The translations under genes were made by a program, and so were the position numbers. Below are positions 1 through 9,674 of a stretch of DNA of 64,000 nucleotides, in pieces. The number at the start of each line of letters is the position of its first letter. The first letter of the stretch is position 1. This DNA comes from Thermoleophilia bacterium (GTDB lineage: Bacteria > Actinomycetota > Thermoleophilia > UBA2241). A model generated the notes under the pieces. That model saw nothing but the letters and a program-made list of their open reading frames with translations, was not told where the DNA came from and searched no databases. The stretch spans positions 1,565,041 to 1,629,040 of the forward strand of contig JAXGLO010000001.1 in the NCBI GenBank assembly GCA_040769125.1. Direction: 5' to 3'.

Positions 1-251
1 AGCAGAAGAAGCGCATTCGGCTCGCAGCCAAGCAGCGGCTGCGCAACCGTCACGCGAAGTCGACGCTGAAGACGCTCTTCAAGCGCCTGGAGTCGCAGGT
101 CTCCGAGGCACAGAGCGAGGAGGCTGCCAAGACGGCCGCCTTCCTCACGTCGCGCATCGACAAGGCCGCCGCCAAGGGCGTCCTCCACAGGAACAACGCC
201 GCTCACAAGAAGAGCCGCGTCGCCAGCATGCTGGCGCGCATCTCCTCCTAG
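1..251 (+). CDS. rpsT: 30S ribosomal protein S20 (5' end outside window)
   Basis: Frame from base 3 reads QKKRIRLAAKQRLRNRHAKSTLKT...IDKAAAKGVLHRNNAAHKKSR, ending at TAG 249-251. This is the S20 signature, convergent with holA as usual. Confidence 0.95.
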   Translation, partial: QKKRIRLAAKQRLRNRHAKSTLKTLFKRLESQVSEAQSEEAAKTAAFLTSRIDKAAAKGVLHRNNAAHKKSRVASMLARISS

Positions 252-264
252 CGGGCGCAGCTTT

Positions 265-312
265 CAACGCCACGGTGGCCGGGTCGCGGGAGACCCGGCC
301 ACCGTGGCGTTG
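265..312. terminator. Long perfect hairpin between convergent rpsT and holA
   Basis: CAACGCCACGGTGGCCGGGTC (265-285) is the exact reverse complement of 292-312, with a 6-nt loop. Confidence 0.75.
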
Positions 313-384
313 TCACGTGCTGGATCGGAAGCAAGCCTCGCGCCCGGCCCGGCGCTCGGGATCGTGCCCGGGCCACCTCCCCGC

Positions 385-472
385 CTCGGCCCGCCTGCGC
401 CAGAATCTGCCTTCAGCCAGGAGCTGCTCCCCAAGCTGCTCGACTCTCGGCCCGCCTACGCCAGAATCTGCC
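385..472. repeat. 27-bp direct repeat duplicating the holA 3' end
   Basis: CTCGGCCCGCCT(G/A)CGCCAGAATCTGCC at 385-411 and 446-472, one mismatch. Confidence 0.85.
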
Positions 473-1493
473 CCAGCGCCAGCTCGAGCACGAGGCGATC
501 GCTGTGGTTGACGCCCGACCCTGACTCGAGCGTGGCCGGAGCGCGGCCTCGCATGCCCACCTCCGCGGCGGCCAGAGCCTTGAGGGCGCAGTCGAGCCGG
601 TTACGATCGTAGCGCGACCGCTGCTCGAGCACCTTGCGGGCAGTGAACACGTGCACCGAGCCACCGATGGCATCGCTCAGCTCTCTGGCCGCCTGCTGGG
701 CGTCCGTGTGCTCCAGCCGCACGGCGGCATCGATGAGCCGTACATGCCGCAGGAGCATATAGAGCACCCTGCCCACATCGTCCCCGGGATCGCCCGAGGC
801 GAAGATCGTCTCGAGCAGTCGAAAGGCCCGCGCCCGGTCGCGGTGGCCCACGGCGTCCAGGAGATCGAAGATGCGCGCCTCGTCGTCCGGAGTGCAGACC
901 TCGTCGACATCCTGCACCGTCGCCGCCTCGCCGCGGCAGTACAGGGCAAGCTTCTCGATCTCGCGATCCAGCCGCTCGGCGTGCTGAGGATCGTCGCCGC
1001 AGACGTTGAGCAGGTGCTTCGCCACGGGCGCGCTGAGCGGTAGCCGGCGAGCCCTGGCGCGACCCTGGACCCAGGTTGCCATCTCGTACTTCCTGGGCAG
1101 GTCGTAGCACAGCACCATCCCCACGCGAGCGATCGCCTTGTACAAGGGATCGTCTTTGGCGAGCTTGGGCGCCTCCACCGCCAGACACGTCCCCGGCAGG
1201 AGATCGGCGGCACAGGCCGAGAGCCGCCTGCGCTGCTTCGCCTGCAGACGGTGCGCGTTCTGCACGAGCAGCAGCCGAGTGCCCAGGGCGAACCCCGGCA
1301 TCTCGCAGGCGTCGAGCACGGCTTGCAGGACCTCTTCGGGCCTGCCGCTCTCGACGTCGAAGATGCTGATGTTGAGGTCGCTGCCCGACTCACCGATGAC
1401 GCGCTGCCGCAGCCTGGTCACGGCGCGACGCACCTTCGGCCGGTCGCTGCCGAGGATGAGGTACGCGGGCTCGAGAGGTGACGGATCGCTCAT
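456..1493 (-). CDS. holA: DNA polymerase III subunit delta
   Basis: PAYLILGSD N-terminus, RLDREIEKLALY and IFDLLDAVG motifs; directly downstream of comEC. Start taken at the ATG of MSDPSPL. Confidence 0.9.
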   Translation of the reverse strand: MSDPSPLEPAYLILGSDRPKVRRAVTRLRQRVIGESGSDLNISIFDVESGRPEEVLQAVLDACEMPGFALGTRLLLVQNAHRLQAKQRRRLSACAADLLPGTCLAVEAPKLAKDDPLYKAIARVGMVLCYDLPRKYEMATWVQGRARARRLPLSAPVAKHLLNVCGDDPQHAERLDREIEKLALYCRGEAATVQDVDEVCTPDDEARIFDLLDAVGHRDRARAFRLLETIFASGDPGDDVGRVLYMLLRHVRLIDAAVRLEHTDAQQAARELSDAIGGSVHVFTARKVLEQRSRYDRNRLDCALKALAAAEVGMRGRAPATLESGSGVNHSDRLVLELALGQILA

Positions 1494-1545
1494 GCGTCCC
1501 GAAGGATAGCACGGGCGCTCGGCCCTCACCGGAAGCGTGCGCACC

Positions 1546-3936
1546 TCAGTCGACGCGTTCGGCCGTCGCGCGGAGCCGGCCGCCGACCAGCGACACGGCG
1601 ACGTCGCCGGCGTGGTCGGTGCGGACGCACGGCACGCCGTGGGCGGCGAGCACGCCGAGCATCTCGGAGGTCGGGTGCCCGTACGTATTGGGACCGACGG
1701 AGATCACGGCAAGCCGGGGCGCAAGTCGCTGCAACTCGGGCTCCTCGAGGCCGCCGCGGCTGCCGTGGTGCGGCACGCCGACCACGGCGCAAGGCGGCAG
1801 ATCGAGGCGGCGCAGCGCCCTCGCCTCGCAGTCGCCGGGCAGCAGGACGCCCTCGCTCCCGAGCCGGACGACGGCCACGAGGGCGCTGTCGTTCTCGCCC
1901 TGATTGTCGCTCTCCCCCGCAACAGGCTCGGACGGAATGGCCCGCAGACCCCAGACGCCCCCGTCGAGCTCGGTGGGCTCACTGCACCAGTGCACCTCCG
2001 TACCGGCCGCCGCCAGCGTCCGCGCAATGCTCGGTAGAGCAGACCCCTCGGGCGGCCGCGGCAGCAGCGCGACGGCGATGTCGATGTGACCGACGACATC
2101 GCTGAGGCCCGCGGTGTGATCGGCGTGCCCGTGCGAAAGCACGAGGAGGTCGATGCGGCGTACCGCGTGCTCCCTCAGCGTGCGTGCGAGTGGCGCCGGC
2201 CCCGCATCGAAGAGGACCGTGCGGCCGCCGGGAGCCTGCAGCAGCGCGGCTGAGCCCTCGCCGACGTCGAGGAACGTGAGCGTCGGCGACGACGGCGCCG
2301 AGGGCCCACGCGGGGCCACGATGAGGATGAGCGCCAGCAGACCGGCCGAGATAACCAGGAGCGACCGGCGCCGCTCCGGCGCGAGCGCGTATCTCAGGGG
2401 CCGCTCGCCGGCGCGCACCGCCAGCCAGGCCACGGCGAGCGCCTCGGCGAGGAGAGCGCACACGAGCAGCAGCGTCACGCTGAGCCCCTGCCACTCCCAG
2501 ACCGCCCACGTCGGCCGGCCGAACACGCGCGCCGTCGTGAGCAGGAAGCCGGCAAGCACTCCAGACAGCACGTTGAGCGGCGCGGAGAGCCACGGGCTCA
2601 CGAACCCGACGACCAGCGAGAGCATGCCGAGGAACATGATGGGCGCCAGCACGAAGCCGCCGACCAGGTTGGCGGGCACCGAGACCAGCGAGACCGAGCC
2701 GAACGCCAGCATCGAGACGGGCGCGGTGGCCAGGCTGGCCGACGCGGTGACGCCGGCCTGCTCAGAGAGCGGACCGGGCAGAAAGGAGAACAGGCGCGTC
2801 AGCCGTCGCGCCAGGAGCAGGAGGCCGGCCACGGCGGCGAAGGACAGCTGAAACGACACGTCGTGGAGGTTCTGCGGGTTGGCGCTGAGCAGCCACGCGG
2901 CCGGGGCGAGCCAGAACAGCCAGCCGTCGCCCTGCCGCGAGGCGAGGATGGCGAGCAGCCCCAGGACGCCGGAGACCCCGGCGCGCACAATGGAGGGAGA
3001 TGCCCCGGTGAGCATCACGTAGACGACCACCAGGGGAACGAGCATGACCGTGCGCGCCAGCCGCGGCACCGCGAACAGCGTGAGAATGAAGGACCACATG
3101 CCGCAGAGCAGCACCACGTTCTCGCCCGAGACCGCCATGATGTGCAGAAGGCCGCTGCGCCGGAAGTCGTCGATCGACTGCGGATCGACACCCTCATCGT
3201 CGCCCAGCACCATGCCCTGAAGGATCTCGCTGACCGGAGGGCGGACGGCGGCGCGCAGGTGCGCGCGCGAGGCCTGTCGCAGCCTGTCGACGACGCCGGC
3301 GAGCCCGCCGCGCCGGCCCGTGACCGTGAGTCGCGGCCAGCAGCCCGAGAGCATGACGTGCTCGCCGCGGCGCCTGAGATAGCGGCCGTAGTCGAAGGCG
3401 CCCGGCCGCGGCGCCGGAAGCTCCTCGACGCGCACGTCGCTCACCGAGACCGTGACGCCCTCGACGAGCGGGCCGGATGAATCGAGCCGGACCTGCTGCC
3501 CGTCGGCGAGACGAAGCCTCAGGTGGGCAGGCTCCCGAACCTCGCGACCGTCGACCGCCGTGACCGTGAGAGGGAGCGTCACGGCGCAACCCTTGACCTG
3601 CGGCAGGTCGCTGAGCGTCGCCCGCAGGTCGACGGCGTGCCCGATGGAGGAGCGCAGCGCCGAGCGCTCGAGCGCCACGAGGCGCCATCCCCCCACCGCA
3701 AGCCCGGCGAGAGCGGCAAGCGAAATGAGGCCGCAGAGCACGATGAGCCGCCCGGCGCGGCCATGCTCCTCGGAGCCGGCGGCGGGGCGCCGGCGCCCCG
3801 CCGCCACCGCCAGTGCGGTGGCCGCGGCTGCAGCCGCGACGAGCATATCCGGCGTCGGCCGCAGGGTAAGCGAACCCATCAGCCCCGCACAGTAGCCGGC
3901 GAGCAGCAGGTGCGGCGCCGAGAGCCCCCGCGGCAT
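1546..3936 (-). CDS. comEC: ComEC/Rec2 DNA uptake channel with metallo-beta-lactamase domain
   Basis: SGLLHIMAVSGEN, SPSIVRAG, SFQLSF, FLDVGEG, LSHGHADH and VPHHGS motifs. Confidence 0.95.
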   Translation of the reverse strand: MPRGLSAPHLLLAGYCAGLMGSLTLRPTPDMLVAAAAAATALAVAAGRRRPAAGSEEHGRAGRLIVLCGLISLAALAGLAVGGWRLVALERSALRSSIGHAVDLRATLSDLPQVKGCAVTLPLTVTAVDGREVREPAHLRLRLADGQQVRLDSSGPLVEGVTVSVSDVRVEELPAPRPGAFDYGRYLRRRGEHVMLSGCWPRLTVTGRRGGLAGVVDRLRQASRAHLRAAVRPPVSEILQGMVLGDDEGVDPQSIDDFRRSGLLHIMAVSGENVVLLCGMWSFILTLFAVPRLARTVMLVPLVVVYVMLTGASPSIVRAGVSGVLGLLAILASRQGDGWLFWLAPAAWLLSANPQNLHDVSFQLSFAAVAGLLLLARRLTRLFSFLPGPLSEQAGVTASASLATAPVSMLAFGSVSLVSVPANLVGGFVLAPIMFLGMLSLVVGFVSPWLSAPLNVLSGVLAGFLLTTARVFGRPTWAVWEWQGLSVTLLLVCALLAEALAVAWLAVRAGERPLRYALAPERRRSLLVISAGLLALILIVAPRGPSAPSSPTLTFLDVGEGSAALLQAPGGRTVLFDAGPAPLARTLREHAVRRIDLLVLSHGHADHTAGLSDVVGHIDIAVALLPRPPEGSALPSIARTLAAAGTEVHWCSEPTELDGGVWGLRAIPSEPVAGESDNQGENDSALVAVVRLGSEGVLLPGDCEARALRRLDLPPCAVVGVPHHGSRGGLEEPELQRLAPRLAVISVGPNTYGHPTSEMLGVLAAHGVPCVRTDHAGDVAVSLVGGRLRATAERVD

Positions 3937-3941
3937 CGCGA

Positions 3942-4565
3942 CTACACCGTGATCTTGTCTTTGATCGCGTCGAACCGGGCGTCGCCGATGCCCGGGACCT
4001 CCTTGATCTCCTCGATCGTCTTGAAGCCGCCGTTGGCGGTGCGGTAGTCGATGATCTTCTGCGCCGTAACCGGCCCGACGCCGTCGAGCTGATCGAGCTC
4101 CTCAAGCGAGGCCGTGTTGATGTTCACCGGCGCCCCGGCGACCCCCGCCGCAGCGCCCTCAGGAGCTGCCGATCCGCCGACCGCCGAGGGGGCGGCCATG
4201 GCCGCCCCGCGCCGCGGCACCAGGATCTGCTGGCCGTCGACGACGCGCTCAGCGAGGTTGAGCGCAGAGAGCTCTGCCTTTGCCGCAGCCCCGCCCGCCA
4301 GCTTGAGGGCGTCGGCAACGCGAGATCCGGCAGGCAGCCGGACGAGGCCGGGTGAGCGCACGGCACCACAGACGTGAACGACGACATCCAGAGCCTCGGG
4401 AGACGCGGAGGAAGCGGGCGGCGACGGGCTCGCGACGACGAGCGCCAGCTCCTCGCCGGGCGGCTCCCCGGAGCCTCTTGAGGGCAGTACGTAACGCACG
4501 CCGGCCGCGATCACGAGCACGGCGAGAACGACGTACGCCAGGATCTGGCGGCGAGTGAGCGACAT
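3942..4565 (-). CDS. comEA: ComEA DNA-binding competence protein (SLBB + HhH)
   Basis: N-terminal [17 protein letters not shown] domain, [19 protein letters not shown]...VPGIG helix-hairpin-helix. Confidence 0.95.
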   Translation of the reverse strand: MSLTRRQILAYVVLAVLVIAAGVRYVLPSRGSGEPPGEELALVVASPSPPASSASPEALDVVVHVCGAVRSPGLVRLPAGSRVADALKLAGGAAAKAELSALNLAERVVDGQQILVPRRGAAMAAPSAVGGSAAPEGAAAGVAGAPVNINTASLEELDQLDGVGPVTAQKIIDYRTANGGFKTIEEIKEVPGIGDARFDAIKDKITV

Positions 4566-4766
4566 GGTACCCCCCCTGACAGCGAAGCATGAAGTGCGTG
4601 GGCGGCGACGCAGAATCTCCGCCCCGCGCCGCATGCTAGGCTGGCGGCCGCGGCCGCGCATCGCCCCACGGGGGCGATCACACCGGGTGACCAGCGGACG
4701 TGGAGAGGCTTGACTGACCGAGAATGACTGGCTCGTGCCGGCCCGGCGGGCGACCCGCGAGCGCCG

Positions 4767-7244
4767 CTACTTCACCACCAGATTGACCAGTTTGCCGGGC
4801 ACGTAGATCTCCTTGACGACCTGCTTGCCGTCGAGGAAGCGCGCGGTGTTCTGCGCCGCGCGCGCCTGCGCGAGGACCTCGTCCTTCTCCGCGTCGACGG
4901 GCATCTGCAGGCGGTCGCGCAGCTTGCCGTTGACCTGGACGACGATGGTGACCACCTCGTCGGCGGCGAGTTCCTCGTCCCAGGTCGGCCACGATGCGTC
5001 GAGCACCGTGTCGCCGTTGCCGAGCAGCTCCCAGGCCTCCTCGCCGAGGTGCGGCGCCATCGGCGCCAGCAGCAGCGTCATATCCCGCACCAGCTCGCGC
5101 CACTGCGCGAGAGAGAGCGCGCCGCGCGAGTTGTTCCACACGTCGAGCGCCTCGTTCTGCAGCTCCATGAGCGCCGACACGGCGGTGTTGAAGCGGAAGC
5201 CCTCCAGGTCGCGCGTGACCTTGCGGATGGTCTTGTGGAGAGTGCGCAACAACCGGCGGCCGTGCTCGACCTCGGCTTCGTCGGCCGCCACCCCGCTCCC
5301 CTGCGCCTCGACGACCTCGCCGAGAAGGTTCCAGAACCGCGTCAGGAAGCGCGAGCAGCCCTGTACACCGCGGTCGCTCCAGGCGACGCTCTGCTCGAAC
5401 GGCGCGATGAAGAGCTCGTATACCCGCAGACTGTCGGCGCCGTACCGTTCGACTACGCTGTCGGGCGTAATCACATTGCCCTTGCTCTTGCTCATCTTCT
5501 GGCCGTCCTCGGCCTGGATCATGCCCTGATTGCGAAGGCGCGTGTAGGGCTCGCCGAAGCTCACGTAACCGGCGTCCTGGGCGACCTTGCAGAAGAACCG
5601 GGCGTAGAGCAGGTGCATCACCGCATGCTCGGCGCCGCCCACGTAGAGGTCGACCGGCAGCCAGTACTCGACCTTCTCGCGATCGAAGGCGGCACTCTCC
5701 TCGCGCGGCGAGGCGTAGCGGAAGTGGTACCAGCTCGAGCAGGCGAAGGTGTCCATCGTATCCGTCTCACGACGGCCCGGGCCCCCACAGCGTGGGCATG
5801 GAGCGTTGACGAACGCCTCGTCACGGGCCAGCGGCGAGCGGCCGTCGTCGGTGGGATGGAAATCCTCGAGATCGGGCAGCAGCACCGGCAGCTCCTCGAC
5901 CGGCACCGGCACCGGCCCGCACGTGTCACAGTGCACGATCGGGATGGGCGCTCCCCAGTAGCGCTGCCGGCTGATGAGCCAGTCGCGCAGCTTGAAGTTG
6001 ACCTTCTTGCGGGCGAGGCCACGCTCGCCGAGCCAGGCGACGACGACGTCGAAAGCCTCGCCCGGCGCGGCCAGCCCGTCGAACCGCCCGGAGTTCACCA
6101 TGACGCCGTCGCCGGTGTAGGCCTCGGCGAGCGCGCCCTGGGCGCCACCCGGCGGCGCGATGACCTCGATGATCGGCAGCCCGAACTGAGTGGCGAACTG
6201 GAAGTCACGCTCGTCGTGCGCGGGCACCGCCATGATGGCGCCGGTGCCGTAGCCCATGAGCACGTAGTCGCTGATCCAGATCGGGACCGGCGCGCCGTTG
6301 ACGGGATTCACGGCGTACGCGCCGATGAAGACGCCGGTCTTCTCCTTCTCGGTGCTCAGACGCTCGATCTCGCTCTGGCGTCGGGCCTGGACCTGATAGG
6401 CGCTCACCGCCTCGCGCTGCTCGGGAGCCGTGAGCGCGTCGACCAGCGGATGCTCCGGCGCCAGTACCATGTAGGTCGCGCCGAAGAGCGTGTCGGGCCG
6501 CGTCGTGAACACCGTGATCGTCTCGTCGCGGCCCTCCAGGCCGAAGTCGACCTCGGCGCCCTCGCTGCGACCGATCCAGTTGGTCTGCATGAGCTTGATC
6601 TGCTCGGGCCAGTCGATCGTCGCCAGGTCGTCGAGCAACCTCTGCGCGTACTCGGTGATGCGGAAGTACCACTGCTCGAGATCCCTCTTGGTGACCTCGC
6701 TGCTGCAGCGCCAGCACCTGCCCTGCTCCACCTGCTCGTTGGCGAGAATGGTCTTGCAGCTCGGGCACCACCACTGCTGGCCGGTCGAGCGATAGGCGAG
6801 CCCGCGCTCGTAGAGCAGCAGGAAGAACCACTGCGTCCAGCGGTAGTAGTCCGGATGGCAGCTCGTGATCTCGCGGGTCCAGTCGAACGAGAGGCCGATG
6901 AGATCCATCTGCCGGTGGTAGTTGGCGATGTTGCGCTCCGTAGTGACGCGCGGATGCACGCCCATCTTGATCGCGTAGTTCTCGGCCGGCAGCCCGAAGG
7001 CGTCCCAGCCCATCGGATGCAGCACGCTGCAGCCCTGCATGCGCTTGTAGCGCGAGATGACGTCGGTGGGCACGTAGTTGCGGCAGTGGCCGACGCTCAG
7101 CCCATCGCCCGACGGGTACGGGAAGAAGTCGAGGCAGTAGAACTTGGGCTTGTCGCTCTCGTCCGGAGTGAGATAGGCGCCGCGCTCCTTCCAGCGCCGC
7201 TGCCACTTCTCCTCGATGGCGTGCGGGTCGTAGCGTCGATCCAT
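4767..7244 (-). CDS. leuS: Leucine--tRNA ligase
   Basis: FPYPSGDGLSVGH (HIGH-like), GWDAFGLPAEN, FTTRPDT editing domain, KMSKS, C-terminal VQVNGKLR. Confidence 0.98.
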   Translation of the reverse strand: MDRRYDPHAIEEKWQRRWKERGAYLTPDESDKPKFYCLDFFPYPSGDGLSVGHCRNYVPTDVISRYKRMQGCSVLHPMGWDAFGLPAENYAIKMGVHPRVTTERNIANYHRQMDLIGLSFDWTREITSCHPDYYRWTQWFFLLLYERGLAYRSTGQQWWCPSCKTILANEQVEQGRCWRCSSEVTKRDLEQWYFRITEYAQRLLDDLATIDWPEQIKLMQTNWIGRSEGAEVDFGLEGRDETITVFTTRPDTLFGATYMVLAPEHPLVDALTAPEQREAVSAYQVQARRQSEIERLSTEKEKTGVFIGAYAVNPVNGAPVPIWISDYVLMGYGTGAIMAVPAHDERDFQFATQFGLPIIEVIAPPGGAQGALAEAYTGDGVMVNSGRFDGLAAPGEAFDVVVAWLGERGLARKKVNFKLRDWLISRQRYWGAPIPIVHCDTCGPVPVPVEELPVLLPDLEDFHPTDDGRSPLARDEAFVNAPCPRCGGPGRRETDTMDTFACSSWYHFRYASPREESAAFDREKVEYWLPVDLYVGGAEHAVMHLLYARFFCKVAQDAGYVSFGEPYTRLRNQGMIQAEDGQKMSKSKGNVITPDSVVERYGADSLRVYELFIAPFEQSVAWSDRGVQGCSRFLTRFWNLLGEVVEAQGSGVAADEAEVEHGRRLLRTLHKTIRKVTRDLEGFRFNTAVSALMELQNEALDVWNNSRGALSLAQWRELVRDMTLLLAPMAPHLGEEAWELLGNGDTVLDASWPTWDEELAADEVVTIVVQVNGKLRDRLQMPVDAEKDEVLAQARAAQNTARFLDGKQVVKEIYVPGKLVNLVVK

Positions 7245-7338
7245 GAATTCCTCTCTGGCGGCGGTCTGCAACGCGGCGCGGCCCGCGCAGCGGCCGGGCG
7301 CGCCCGGCGCCTGATTCTACACGAGCCCGCCGCGGCCG

Positions 7339-7426
7339 AGCGCCCCACGCCGGCGAAGCTGCGAGCAGCTCGGGGTCTGTGAGGCGGCGGTGCGTCCCAA
7401 GCGCCCCGCGCCCGCGAAGTTGCGAG
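7339..7426. repeat. Imperfect 27-bp direct repeat in the leuS-tRNA intergenic region
   Basis: AGCGCCCCACGCCGGCGAAGCTGCGAG (7339-7365) versus AGCGCCCCGCGCCCGCGAAGTTGCGAG (7400-7426), 24/27 identical. Confidence 0.75.
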
Positions 7427-7448
7427 GCGCGGGCGACGTGACTATACT
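7420..7448 (+). promoter_or_regulatory. SigA-type promoter of tRNA-Ala
   Basis: TTGCGA (7420-7425), 17-nt spacer, TATACT (7443-7448), upstream of the tRNA. Confidence 0.65.
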
Positions 7449-7481
7449 TCCTTTCTCGCCGACGCTGTCGGCGCCTCCGGT

Positions 7482-7557
7482 GGGGGTATAGCTCAGTTGG
7501 GAGAGCGTTTGGCTGGCAGCCAAAAGGTCACCGGTTCGAGCCCGGTTACCTCCACCA
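7482..7557 (+). tRNA. tRNA-Ala (GGC)
   Basis: 76-nt cloverleaf GGGGGTATAGCTCAGTTGGGAGAGCG...GGTTCGAGCCCGGTTACCTCCACCA. Anticodon arm TTTGG-CTGGCAG-CCAAA, G3:U70 alanine identity pair, encoded CCA. Confidence 0.98.
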
Positions 7558-7701
7558 GCTCTTCACCCTCTTGAGCCTCCCGATCGCCCCGACGATCAAC
7601 TCCTCCTCCCGTCGCACATGTGGCTGCTCACGGCGGCCCTCGGCCGACGGTTCGCGCAGCCGAATCGACGCCGGCGCGACAGCAAGGGCCCCCGGCGCCC
7701 G

Positions 7702-7728
7702 GGTTTAGCGCCGGTGCCCACCGGAAAC
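7702..7728 (+). promoter_or_regulatory. Possible SigB/SigF-type promoter
   Basis: GGTTT-N16-GGAAAC upstream of an anti-anti-sigma gene; imperfect match to the GGTTT-N15-17-GGGTA consensus. Confidence 0.35.
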
Positions 7729-7791
7729 GATCGGTTCACATGCTGTGGTGTGCGCCCATGCATCCGGACTCCGCGCACAGAAAGGACGGTG

Positions 7792-8151
7792 ATGGAGAAC
7801 GAACCGCAGTTCAGCGTTTCCTACGAAACGTACTCCGACGAAGTCGGCGTCGTGACACTGGCGGGCGAGATCGACATCTATGCGGCGCCCGATTTCAAGG
7901 AGGCTCTCGTCACCGGCATCGACGCCGGAGCCAGGCGCATGATCGTGGATCTCACAGACGTTACGTTCATCGACTCCACCGCCCTGGGCGTCCTCGTGAG
8001 CGGAGCCAGGCGCGTCCGCCCGCGCGACGGCAACCTCGACGTCGTCTGCACCGACGAGAACATCATCCGTATCTTCGAGATCACCGGCCTCGACCGCGTC
8101 TTCGACATCCACCTGTCACGGACTGAGGCCATCGAGGCGTCGGTATCCTGA
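7792..8151 (+). CDS. STAS-domain anti-sigma factor antagonist (RsbV/SpoIIAA family)
   Basis: LAGEIDIYAAP, VDLTDVTFIDSTALGVL (phosphorylatable Ser) and IFEITGLD motifs; SD AAGGA before the ATG. Confidence 0.93.
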   Translation: MENEPQFSVSYETYSDEVGVVTLAGEIDIYAAPDFKEALVTGIDAGARRMIVDLTDVTFIDSTALGVLVSGARRVRPRDGNLDVVCTDENIIRIFEITGLDRVFDIHLSRTEAIEASVS

Positions 8152-8228
8152 CTATGCTGCACGCCTGATCACAGCAACCAGCAGTGGCCCACGCTCGGCG
8201 CAGCAGCCACTGGAAGGCGAGAGCGACG

Positions 8229-8612
8229 ATGGAGTTGCGCAGCGCAAAGATGCTTCGAGGCCACAGCCTTCAAGCCATGGCCGGCGACACGCTGAAGGCG
8301 AAGACATACGGAGCCGACCGCGTGTGCGCGGTCGAAGGATGCGGTACCCGGCTCTCTTCCTACAACCCGTCGAGCCGGTGCGCCATGCACAGCGGCGCGT
8401 GGCAGGAGGATCCACATCGCAGCGAGCGCAAGGCCAGCCGGCGTGAGCAGATCACGCGCCGCTGCGCATTCGCGCCGTGCAGCCGGGAGTTCGCCACCAC
8501 GAACCCGGCCAAGAAGTACTGCACCGACGCATGCCGCATGAAGGCGTTCCAGGCACGAGTGGCGGCGGCACGCCGTCTCGGCGATCTACACAGGGTGAAA
8601 CGCGCGAACTGA
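8229..8612 (+). CDS. Small basic protein with two putative zinc-binding Cys clusters
   Basis: CAVEGC...CAMH and CAFAPC...YCTDAC motifs, followed by an Arg-rich helix. Confidence 0.7.
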   Translation: MELRSAKMLRGHSLQAMAGDTLKAKTYGADRVCAVEGCGTRLSSYNPSSRCAMHSGAWQEDPHRSERKASRREQITRRCAFAPCSREFATTNPAKKYCTDACRMKAFQARVAAARRLGDLHRVKRAN

Positions 8613-8701
8613 GCGGGTCCAGCTCCGACGCGGCACCTCAGCGAGCCGGCACCGAGCAGGTCGAGCGTCGCGCCGGCCGGGCCTTGGCCGACGACCGCGG
8701 A

Positions 8702-9670
8702 TCAGGCCCGCTCGTCGCGCGCCGCAAGCTTGAGCTTGCGATACTGCGGCTCGCGCTCCTTGAGGATCGTGAGGACCGGGCTGGCCACGAAGATCGTGGA
8801 GTAGGCGCCGGAGATGATGCCGATGGCGAGCGCGAAAGCGAAGTCCTTGAGCGTCTCGCCGCCGAAGAAGAGCAGGCACAGCACCGGCAGCAGGCTCATC
8901 ACGGATGTGTTCAGCGAGCGGGTCAGGCTCTGCCAGAGCGAGCGGTTGACGATGTCCGCGTAAGGCGCACGGCCCATCTTGGGCTGGTTCTCGCGGATGC
9001 GGTCGAAGATGATCACCGTGTCGTAGAGCGAGTAGCCCAGGATGGTGAGCACGGCGGCGATCGTCGCGGTGGTCACGTCGCGCCCGGTCAGCGAGTAGAT
9101 GCCGATTACGATCAGGATATCGTGCACCTCGGCCACCATGGCACCGACGGCGAACTTCCACTGGAAGCGGAAGGCGACGTACAGAAGGATGAGCAGCAGG
9201 GCGATGACCACCGCCTTGAGCGACGAGCCGACGATCTGGCGCCCGAAGGTGGCGCCGACGGTCTCCAGGGTAAACACCTGACTGCCGTCGCGCTCGGCAA
9301 TCGTAAACTCCCGGTCGAGCACCGTCTTGAGCTCCTCCTGCGCGGCCGGCGACAGCGACTCGGTCTGGATCTGGAAGCCCGCGGTGCCGGTGCCGGCGAC
9401 TCTCTCTACAGCCTGGATACTCGCGTCGGCGTAGCCCGCCTCAGCCACCACACGGCGCACGTCGGCGAGGTCGGGGCTCTCCTCGAAGGCGACCCCGATA
9501 CGCGTGCCCTCCTGGAACTCGAGCCCGTAGTTGAGGCCGTGGAGCGGGTTACCGCCGCCTCTAATGAGGAGGCTCGCGAAGCCGATGGCGATGATGACGC
9601 CCGACAGCGTGAACCACCACGCCTTGTGCCCGACGAAATCGAAGCTGTAGATGCGCCGCAGGAAGCTCAT
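8702..9670 (-). CDS. secF: Protein translocase subunit SecF
   Basis: GLEFQEG, TILGYSLYDTVIIFDRIREN, RSLNTS and GAYSTIFVASP motifs. Confidence 0.97.
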   Translation of the reverse strand: MSFLRRIYSFDFVGHKAWWFTLSGVIIAIGFASLLIRGGGNPLHGLNYGLEFQEGTRIGVAFEESPDLADVRRVVAEAGYADASIQAVERVAGTGTAGFQIQTESLSPAAQEELKTVLDREFTIAERDGSQVFTLETVGATFGRQIVGSSLKAVVIALLLILLYVAFRFQWKFAVGAMVAEVHDILIVIGIYSLTGRDVTTATIAAVLTILGYSLYDTVIIFDRIRENQPKMGRAPYADIVNRSLWQSLTRSLNTSVMSLLPVLCLLFFGGETLKDFAFALAIGIISGAYSTIFVASPVLTILKEREPQYRKLKLAARDERA

Positions 9671-9674
9671 CGGC

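Noticed and set aside
7245-7320. T-box leader for leuS
   Set aside because: The region is too short and lacks the GGTGGNACCGCG T-box motif and terminator.
5049-7382. Long antisense ORFs opposite leuS (also opposite pcrA, the GAF phosphatase, ftsZ and the mur genes)
   Set aside because: Shadow ORFs expected from high-GC codon bias; they have no motifs and the opposite strand encodes clear proteins.
7482-8612. tRNA-Ala as the integration site of a genomic island
   Set aside because: No integrase next to it and no duplicate of the tRNA 3' end seen in the window.
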